Part shown: positions 54,381 through 64,000 of the stretch, one piece after another | How positions within the stretch are numbered: the first letter of the stretch is position 1 | Layout of the letters: every line of letters begins with the position of its first letter | Assembly (NCBI GenBank): GCA_040954595.2 | Contig: CM082589.2 | Span: forward strand, 9,560,894-9,624,893 | Reading direction: 5' to 3' | Length of the DNA stretch: 64,000 bases | From: Balanoglossus misakiensis | Taxonomy: Eukaryota; Animalia; Hemichordata | Notes under the pieces: generated by a model | Told to the model about the DNA's origin: nothing | Database searches by the model: none | Seen by the model: the letters and a program-made list of their open reading frames with translations, nothing else | Program-made: the position numbers and the translations under genes

Positions 54381-57300
54381 GCAATCATGGAAATTTTAGA
54401 ACTATCCGTCGATCTACAGAGTCTAGTGGAAACTTTCTTATGCGCATAGGCATATGTATGTGTTCAGCGCATCACAACAGAATTTTGTAAATGAACGAGG
54501 CTGTGTTTGGAAACAACCATGGAAATTTTACAACTATCCGTCGATCTACGGAGTCTGGTGGAAAACTTTCTTATGCGCATAGGCCTATTACGTGCTCTGC
54601 GCCTCACAACAGAATTCGGTAAATAAACGAGGCTGTTTGGAAGCAACCATGGAAATTTTAGAACTATCCGTCGATCTACAGAGTCTAGTGGAAAAATGTC
54701 TTATGCGCATAGGCCTATCATGTGTTCTGCGCCTCACAACAGAAATCGGTAAATAAACGAGGCTGTTTGGAAGCAACCATGGAAATTGTACAACTATCCG
54801 TCGATGTACAGAGTCTAGTGGAAAACGTTCTTATGCGCATAGGCCTATCTATGTGTTATGCGCATCACAACAGAAATCGGTAAATAAACGAGGCTGTATT
54901 TGGAAGCAACCATGAAATTTTACAACTATCCGTCGATCTACAGAGTCTGGTGGAAAACTTCCTTATGCGCATAGACCTATTACGTGTTCTGCGCCTCACA
55001 ACAGAATTCGGTAAATAAACGAGGCTGTTTGGAAGCAACCATGGAAATTTTACAACTATCCGTCGATCTACAGAGTCTAGTGGAAAACGTTATTATGCGC
55101 ATAGGCCTATATATGTGTTCTGCGCATCACAACAGAATTTTGTAAACAAACGAGGCTGTGTTTGGAAGCAACCATGGAAATTTTAGAACTATCTCTCGAT
55201 CTACAGAGTCTAGTGGAAAACTTTATTATGCACATATGCCTATCTATGTGTTCTGCGCATCACAACAGAAATCGGTAAATAAACGAGGCTGTTTGGAAGC
55301 AACCATGGAAATTTTACAACTATCCGTCGATCTACAGAGTCTGGTGGAAAACTTTCTTATGCGCATAGGCCTATTACGTGCTCTGCGCCTCACAACAGAA
55401 TTCGGTAAATAAACGAGGCTGTTTGGAAGCAACCATGGACATTGTACAACTATCCGTCGATCTACAAAGTCTAGTGGAAACGTTCTTATGCGCATAGGCC
55501 TATCAATGTGTTATGCGCATCACAACAGAAATCGGTAAATAAACGAGGCTGTATTTGGAAGCAACCATGAAATTTTACAACTATCCGTCGATCTACAGAG
55601 TCTAGTGGAAAAATGTCTCATGCGCATAGGCCTATCATGTGTTCTGCGCCTCACAACAGAAATCGGTAAATAAACGAGGCTGTTTGGAAGCAACCATGGA
55701 AATTTTACAGCTATCCGTCGATCTACAGAGTCTAGTGGAAAACGTTCTTATGCGCATAGGCCTATCTATGTGTTATGCGCATCACAACAGAAATCGGTAA
55801 ATAAACGAGGCTGTGTTTGGAAGCAACCATGGACATTTTAGAACTATCTCTCGATCTACAGAGTCTGTAGTGGAAAACTTTCTTATGCACATATGCCTAT
55901 CTATGTGTTCTGCGCCTCACAACAGAATTCGGTAAATAAACGAGGCTGTTTGGAAGCAACCATGGAAATTTTACAGCTATCCGTCGATCTACAGAGTCTA
56001 GTGGAAAACGTTATTATGCGCATAGGCCTATATATGTGTTCTGCGCATCACAACAGAATTTTGTAAACAACGAGGCTGTGTTTGGAAGCAACCATGGACA
56101 TTTTAGAACTATCTCTCGATCTACAGAGTCTATAGTGGAAAACTTTCTTATGCACATATGCCTATCTATGTGTTCTGCGCCTCACAACAGAATTCGGTAA
56201 ATAAACGAGGCTGTTTGGAAGCAACCATGGAAATTTTACAACTATCCGTCGATCTACAGAGTCTAGTGGAAAACGTTATTATGCGCATAGGCCTATATAT
56301 GTGTTCTGCGCATCACAACAGAATTTTGTAAACAAACGAGGCTGTGTTTGGAAGCAACCATGGAAATTTTAGAACTATCTCTCGATCTACAGAGTCTAGT
56401 GGAAAACTTTATTATGCACATATGCCTATCTATGTGTTCTGCGCATCACAACAGAAATCGGTAAATAAACGAGGCTGTTTGGAAGCAACCATGGAAATTT
56501 TACAACTATCCGTCGATCTACAGAGTCTGGTGGAAAACTTTCTTATGCGCATAGGCCTATTACGTGCTCTGCGCCTCACAACAGAATTCGGTAAATAAAC
56601 GAGGCTGTTTGGAAGCAACCATGGAAATTTTAGAACTATCCGTCGATCTACAGAGTCTAGTGGAAAAATGTCTTATGCGCATAGGCCTATCATGTGTTCT
56701 GCGCCTCACAACAGAAATCGGTAAATAAACGAGGCTGTTTGGAAGCAACCATGGAAATTGTACAACTATCCGTCGATCTAAAGAGTCTAGTGGAAAACGT
56801 TCTTATGCGCATAGGCCTATCTATGTGTTATGCGCATCACAACAGAAATCGGTAAATAAACGAGGCTGTATTTGGAAGCAACCATGAAATTTTACAACTA
56901 TCCGTCGATCTACAGAGTCTGGTGGAAAACTTCCTTATGCGCATAGACCTATTACGTGTTCTGCGCCTCACAACAGAATTCGGTAAATAAACGAGGCTGT
57001 TTGGAAGCAACCATGGACATTGTAGAACTATCCGTCGATCTACAAAGTCTAGTGGAAACGTTCTTATGCGCATAGGCCTATCAATGTGTTATGCGCATCA
57101 CAACAGAAATCGGTAAATAAACGAGGCTGTATTTGGAAGCAACCATGAAATTTTACAACTATCCGTCGATCTACAGAGTCTAGTGGAAAAATGTCTCATG
57201 CGCATAGGCCTATCATGTGTTCTGCGCCTCACAACAGAAATCGGTAAATAAACGAGGCTGTTTGGAAGCAACCATGGAAATTTTACAGCTATCCGTCGAT

Positions 57301-59779
57301 CTACAGAGTCTAGTGGAAAAATGTCTCATGCGCATAGGCCTATCATGTGTTCTGCGCCTCACAACAGAAATCGGTAAATAAACGAGGCTGTTTGGAAGCA
57401 ACCATGGAAATTTTACAGCTATCCGTCGATCTACAGAGTCTAGTGGAAACGTTCTTATGCGCATAGGCCTATATATGTGTTCTGCGCATCACAACAGAAT
57501 TTTGTAAACAAACGAGGCTGTGTTTGGTAGCAACCATGGACATTTTAGAACTATCTCTCGATCTACAGAGTCTATAGTGGAAAACTTTCTTATGCACATA
57601 TGCCTATCTATGTGTTCTGCGCCTCACAACAGAATTCGGTAAATAAACGAGGCTGTTTGGAAGCAACCATGGAAATTTTACAACTATCCGTCGATCTACA
57701 GAGTCTAGTGGAAAACGTTATTATGCGCATAGGCCTATATATGTGTTCTGCGCATCACAACAGAATTTTGTAAACAAACGAGGCTGTGTTTGGAAGCAAC
57801 CATGGACATTTTAGAACTATCTCTCGATCTACAGAGTCTATAGTGGAAAACTTTCTTTTGCACATAGGCCTATCAATGTGTTCTGTGCCTCACAACAGAA
57901 TTCGGTAAATAAACGAGGCTGTTTGGAAGCAACCATGGAAATTTTAGAACTGTCCGTCGATCTACAGAGTCTAGTGGAAAACGTTCTTATGCGCATAGGC
58001 CTATATATGTGTTCTGCGCATCACAACAGAATTTTGTAAACAAACGAGGCTGTGTTTGGAAGCAACCATGGAAATTTTAGAACTATCTCTCGATGTACAG
58101 AGTCTATAGTGGAAAACTTTCTTATGCACATATGCCTATCTATGTGTTCTGCGCCTCAAAACAGAATTACGTCAATAAACGAGGCTGTTTGGAAGCAACC
58201 ATGGACATTTTAGAACTATTCGTCGATCTACGGAGTCTAGTGGAAAACTTTCTTATGCGCATAGGCATATGTATGTGTTCTACGCATCACAACAGAATTC
58301 GGTAAATAAACGAGGCTGTTTGGAAACAACCATGGAAATTTTTGAACTATCCGTTGATCTAAAGTTGAAAAGTTTTTTATGCGCATAGGCCTATCTATGT
58401 GTTCTGCGCCTCACAACAGAAATCGGTAAATAAACGAGGCTGTTTGGAAGCAACCATGGAAATTTTACAACTATCTCTCGATCTACAGAGTCTATAGTGG
58501 AAAACTTTCTTATTCACATATGCCTATCTATGTGTTCTGCGCCTCAAAACAGAATTCCGCAAATAAACGAGGCTGTTTGGAAGCAAACATGGAAGTTTTA
58601 GAACTATCTCTGGATCTACAGTGTATAGTGGAAAACGTTCATATGCGCACAGGCCTATCTATGTGTTCTGCGCATCACAACAGAATTTTGTAAACAATCG
58701 AGGATGTGTTTGGAAGAAATCATGGAAATTTTAGAACTATCCGTCGATCTACAGAGTCTAGTGGGAAACTTTCTTATGCGCATAGGCATATGTATGTGTT
58801 CAGCGCATCACAACAGAATTTTGTAAATGAACGAGGCTGTGTTTGGAAACAACCATGGAACTTTTACAACTATCCGTCGATCTACGGAGTCTGGTGGAAA
58901 ACTTTCTTATGCGCATAGGCCTATTGCGTGCTCTGCGCCTCACAACAGAATTCGGTAAATAAACGAGGCTGTTTGGAAGCAACCATGGAAATTTTAGAAC
59001 TATCCGTCGATCTACAGAGTCTAGTGGAAAAATGTCTTATGCGCATAGGCCTATCATGTGTTCTGCGCCTCACAACAGAAATCGGTAAATAAACGAGGCT
59101 GTTTGGAAGCAACCATGGAAATTGTACAACTATCCGTCGATCTACATAGTCTAGTGGAAAACGTTCTTATGCGCATAGGCCTATCTATGTGTTATGCGCA
59201 TCACAACAGAAATCGGTAAATAAACGAGGCTGTATTTGGAAGCAACCATGAAATTTTACAACTATCCGTCGATCTACAGAGTCTGGTGGAAAACTTCCTT
59301 ATGCGCATAGACCTATTACGTGTTCTGCGCCTCACAACAGAATTCGGTAAATAAACGATGCTGTTTGGAAGCAACCATGGAAATTGTACAACTATCCGTC
59401 GATCTACAGAGTCTAGTGGAAAACGTTCTTATGCGCATAGGCCTATCTATGTGTTATGCGCATCACAACAGAAATCGGTAAATAAACGAGGCTGTGTTTG
59501 GAAGCAACCATGGACATTTTAGAACTATCTCTCGATCTACAGAGTCTATAGTGGAAAACTTTCTTATGCACATATGCCTATCTATGTGTTCTGCGCCTCA
59601 CAACAGAAATCGGTAAATAAACGAGGCTGTTTAAAAGCAACCATGGAAATTTTACAGCTATCCGTCGATCTACAGAGTCTAGTGGAAACGTTCTTATGCG
59701 CATAGGCCTATATATGTGTTCTGCGCATCATAACAGAATTTTGTAAACAAACGAGGCTGTGTTTGGGAGCAACCATGGA

Positions 59780-62700
59780 CATTTTAGAACTATCTCTCGA
59801 TCTACAGAGTCTATAGTGGAAAACTTTCTTATGCACATATGCCTATCTATGTGTTCTGCGCCTCACAACAGAAATCGGTAAATAAACGAGGCTGTTTAAA
59901 AGCAACCATGGAAATTTTACAGCTATCCGTCGATCTACAGAGTCTAGTGGAAACGTTCTGATGCGCATAGGCCTATATATGTGTTCTGCGCATCACAACA
60001 GAATTTTGTAAACAAACGAGGCTGTGTTTGGAAGCAACCATGGACATTTTATAACTATCTCTCGATCTATAGAGTCTATAGTGGAAAACTTTCTTATGCA
60101 CATATGCCTATCTATGTGTTCTGCGCCTCACAACAGAATTCGGTAAATAAACGAGGCTGTTTGGAAGCAACCATGGAAATTTTACAACTATCCGTCGATC
60201 TACAGAGTCTAGTGGAAAACGTTATTATGCGCATAGGCCTATATATGTGTTCTGCGCATCACAACAGAATTTTGTAAACAAACGAGGCTGTGTTTGGAAG
60301 CAACCATGGAAATTTTAGAACTATCTCTCGATCTACAGAGTCTAGTGGAAAACTTTATTATGCACATATGCCTATCTATGTGTTCTGCGCATCACAACAG
60401 AAATCGGTAAATAAACGAGGCTGTTTGGAAGCAACCATGGAAATTGTACAACTATCCGTCGATCTACAGAGTCTGGTGGAAAACTTTCTTATGCGCATAG
60501 GCCTATTACGTGCTCTGCGCCTCACAACAGAATTCGGTAAATAAACGAGGCTGTTTGGAAGCAACCATGGAAATTTTAGAACTATCCGTCGATCTACAGA
60601 GTCTAGTGGAAAAATGTCTTATGCGCATAGGCCTATCATGTGTTCTGCGCCTCACAACAGAAATCGGTAAATAAACGAGGCTGTTTGGAAGCAACCATGG
60701 AAATTGTACAACTATCCGTCGATCTACAGAGTCTAGTGTAAAACGTTCTTATGCGCATAGGCCTATCTATGTGTTATGCGCATCACAACAGAAATCGGTA
60801 AATAAACGAGGCTGTATTTGGAAGCAACCATGAAATTTTACAGCTATCCGTCGATCTACAGAGTCTAGTGGAAACGTTCTTATGCGCATAGGCCTATATA
60901 TGTGTTCTGCGCATCACAACAGAATTTTGTAAACAAACGAGGCTGTGTTTGGTAGCAACCATGGACATTTTAGAACTATCTCTCGATCTACAGAGTCTAT
61001 AGTGGAAAACTTTCTTATGCACATATGCCTATCTATGTGTTCTGCGCCTCACAACAGAATTCGGTAAATAAACGAGGCTGTTTGGAAGCAACCATGGAAA
61101 TTTTACAACTATCCGTCGATCTACAGAGTCTAGTGGAAAACGTTATTATGCGCATAGGCCTATATATGTGTTCTGCGCATCACAACAGAATTTTGTAAAC
61201 AAACGAGGCTGTGTTTGGAAGCAACCATGGACATTTTAGAACTATCTCTCGATCTACAGAGTCTATAGTGGAAAACTTTCTTATGCACATAGGCCTATCT
61301 ATGTGTTCTGCGCCTCACAACAGAAATCGGTAAATAAACGAGGCTGTATTTGGAAGCAACCATGAAATTTTACAACTATCCGTCGATCTACAGAGTCTAG
61401 TGGAAAAATGTCTCATGCGCATAGGCCTATCATGTGTTCTGCGCCTCACAACAGAAATCGGTAAATAAACGAGGCTGTTTGGAAGCAACCATGGAAATTT
61501 TACAGCTATCCGTCGATCTACAGAGTCTAGTGGAAACGTTCTTATGCGCATAGGCCTATATATGTGTTCTGCGCATCACAACAGAATTTTGTAAACAAAC
61601 GAGGCTGTGTTTGGTAGCAACCATGGACATTTTAGAACTATCTCTCGATCTACAGAGTCTATAGTGGAAAACTTTCTTATGCACATATGCCTATCTATGT
61701 GTTCTGCGCCTCACAACAGAAATCGGTAAATAAACGAGGCTGTTTAAAAGCAACCATGGAAATTTTACAGCTATCCGTCGATCTACAGAGTCTAGTGGAA
61801 ACGTTCTTATGCGCATAGGCCTATATATGTGTTCTGCGCATCACAACAGAATTTTGTAAACAAACGAGGCTGTGTTTGGAAGCAACCATGGACATTTTAG
61901 AACTATCTCTCGATCTATAGAGTCTATAGTGGAAAACTTTCTTATGCACATATGCCTATCTATGTGTTCTGCGCCTCACAACAGAATTCGGTAAATAAAC
62001 GAGGCTGTTTGGAAGCAACCATGGAAATTTTACAACTATCCGTCGATCTACAGAGTCTAGTGGAAAACGTTATTATGCGCATAGGCCTATATATGTGTTC
62101 TGCGCATCACAACAGAATTTTGTAAACAAACGAGGCTGTGTTTGGAAGCAACCATGGAAATTTTAGAACTATCTCTCGATCTACAGAGTCTAGTGGAAAA
62201 CTTTATTATGCACATATGCCTATCTATGTGTTCTGCGCATCACAACAGAAATCGGTAAATAAACGAGGCTGTTTGGAAGCAACCATGGAAATTTTACAAC
62301 TATCCGTCGATCTACAGAGTCTGGTGGAAAACTTTCTTATGCGCATAGGCCTATTACGTGCTCTGCGCCTCACAACAGAATTCGGTAAATAAACGAGGCT
62401 GTTTGGAAGCAACCATGGAACTTTTAGAACTATCCGTCGATCTACAGAGTCTAGTGGAAAAATGTCTTATGCGCATAGGCCTATCATGTGTTCTGCGCCT
62501 CACAACAGAAATCGGTAAATAAACGAAGCTGTTTGGAAGCAACCATGGAAATTGTACAACTATCCGTCGATCTACAGAGTCTAGTGTAAAACGTTCTTAT
62601 GCGCATAGGCCTATCTATGTGTTATGCGCATCACAACAGAAATCGGTAAATAAACGAGGCTGTATTTGGAAGCAACCATGAAATTTTACAGCAATCCGTC

Positions 62701-63350
62701 GATCTACAGAGTCTAGTGGAAACGTTCTTATGCGCATAGGCCTATATATGTGTTCTGCGCATCACAACAGAATTTTGTAAACAAACGAGGCTGTGTATGG
62801 TAGCAACCATGGACATTTTAGAACTATCTCTCGATCTACAGAGTCTATAGTGGAAAACTTTCTTATGCACATATGCCTATCTATGTGTTCTGCGCCTCAC
62901 AACAGAATTCGGTAAATAAACGAGGCTGTTTGGAAGCAACCATGGAAATTTTACAACTATCCGTCGATCTACAGAGTCTAGTGGAAAACGTTATTATGCG
63001 CATAGGCCTATATATGTGTTCTGCGCATCACAACAGAATTTTGTAAACAAACGAGGCTGTGTTTGGAAGCAACCATGGACATTTTAGAACTATCTCTCGA
63101 TCTACAGAGTCTATAGTGGAAAACTTTCTTATGCACATAGGCCTATCTATGTGTTCTGCGCCTCACAACAGAAATCGGTAAATAAACGAGGCTGTATTTG
63201 GAAGCAACCATGAAATTTTACAACTATCCGTCGATCTACAGAGTCTAGTGGAAAAATGTCTCATGCGCATAGGCCTATCATGTGTTCTGCGCCTCACAAC
63301 AGAAATCGGTAAATAAACGAGGCTGTTTGGAAGCAACCATGGAAATTTTA
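59780..63350. repeat. Tandem duplication of an 1848-bp block (14 monomers)
   Basis: GATCTATAG (60064/61912), AGTGTAAAA (60735/62583) and ORF pairs 60290/62138 and 60506/62354 have offset 1848. Confidence 0.85.
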
Positions 63351-64000
63351 CAACTATCCGTCGATCTACAGAGTCTAGTGGAAAACGTTATTATGCGCAT
63401 AGGCCTATATATGTGTTCTGCGCATCACAACATAATTTTGTAAACAAACGAGGCTGTGTTTGGAAGCAACCATGGACATTTTAGAACTATCTCTCGATCT
63501 ACAGAGTCTATAGTGGAAAACTTTCTTATGCACATAGGCCTATCTATGTGTTCTGCGCCTCACAACAGAAATCGGTAAATAAACGAGGCTGTATTTGGAA
63601 GCAACCATGAAATTTTACAACTATCCGTCGATCTACAGAGTCTAGTGGAAAAATGTCTCATGCGCATAGGCCTATCATGTGTTCTGCGCCTCACAACAGA
63701 AATCGGTAAATAAACGAGGCTGTTTGGAAGCAACCATGGAAATTTTACAGCTATCCGTCGATCTACAGAGTCTAGTGGAAACGTTCTTATGCGCATAGGC
63801 CTATATATGTGTTCTGCGCATCACAACAGAATTTTGTAAACAAACGAGGCTGTGTTTGGTAGCAACCATGGACATTTTAGAACTATCTCTCGATCTACAG
63901 AGTCTATAGTGGAAAACTTTCTTATGCACATATGCCTATCTATGTGTTCTGCGCCTCACAACAGAATTCGGTAAATAAACGAGGCTGTTTGGAAGCAACC

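Larger units (their letters stand above)
35600..58900. repeat. Satellite domain C: long HORs (~26-30 monomers) containing a divergent ordered cassette (GATGTAC, ACTAACTC, AAACCAGG, ATTCGTCG, TTCTACGC, TTGATCTAAAGTTG, ATTCACA, TTCCGCAA, GGAAGTTTT)
   Basis: The cassette starts at 36156, 38529, 41949, 43530, 47340, 51273 and 58093 (spacings 2373, 3420, 1581, 3810, 3933, 6820). Partial copies lie at ~49990-50440 and ~53930-54360. Confidence 0.88.
1..64000. repeat. Tandem satellite DNA array, ~131-bp monomer, ~485 copies, single orientation, running off both window ends
   Basis: The same motif series (AAACGAGGCTG..TTTGGAAGCAACCATGGAAATTTT..ACTAT..TCGATCTACAGAGT..AGTGGAAAA..TATGCGCATAGGCCTAT..TGTGTT..CACAACAGAA) recurs from the first line to the last. 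Equivalent positions fall at 1, 131 and 264 (130 and 133 bp periods). Copy number is window length divided by ~132. Confidence 0.99.

Noticed and set aside
491-63796. The many 60-101 aa ORFs on both strands as protein-coding genes or a repeat-protein family
   Set aside because: All are translations of the same monomer in shifting frames. Monomer lengths of 130-135 bp do not preserve frame, stops recur in almost every unit, and I recognise no domain.
1-64000. CRISPR array or other repeat-spacer / variable-cassette system
   Set aside because: There are no unique spacers: every part of the unit is homologous between copies. No cas, recombinase or reverse transcriptase gene is present.
1-64000. 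Embedded transposon, strand inversion, telomeric repeat or array boundary
   Set aside because: Reading through, every line continues the monomer in the same orientation and no foreign sequence was seen. Small events could have been missed by eye.

Overview
The whole 64 kb window is one uninterrupted head-to-tail satellite DNA array. I saw no genes, transposon insertions, inversions or unique sequence. The monomer is about 131 bp (common lengths 130-135, plus shorter deletion variants), about 40% GC by hand count of one monomer, and present in roughly 485 copies, all in the same orientation. Approximate consensus: AATAAACGAGGCTG(TG)TTTGGAAGCAACCATGGAAATTTTAGAACTATCCGTCGATCTACAGAGTC(TA)TAGTGGAAAACGTTCTTATGCGCATAGGCCTATCTATGTGTTCTGCGCATCACAACAGAATTCGGTA. 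A limited set of diagnostic monomer variants is arranged in ordered higher-order repeats (HORs): 262-266 bp dimers, and blocks repeated at offsets of 919, 1055, 1317, 1581, 1848, 2244, 2373, 2503, 3420, 3810, 3933, 4747 and 5391 bp. These fall into three variant domains. The organisation is typical of eukaryotic centromeric or pericentromeric satellite, but I do not recognise the family or the organism. All listed ORFs are translations of the repeat. The most unusual signals are the density of dyad symmetry in the monomer, variant pairs that look compensatory within stems, and two common variants that are reverse complements of each other. Sequence alone does not demonstrate a new functional system.
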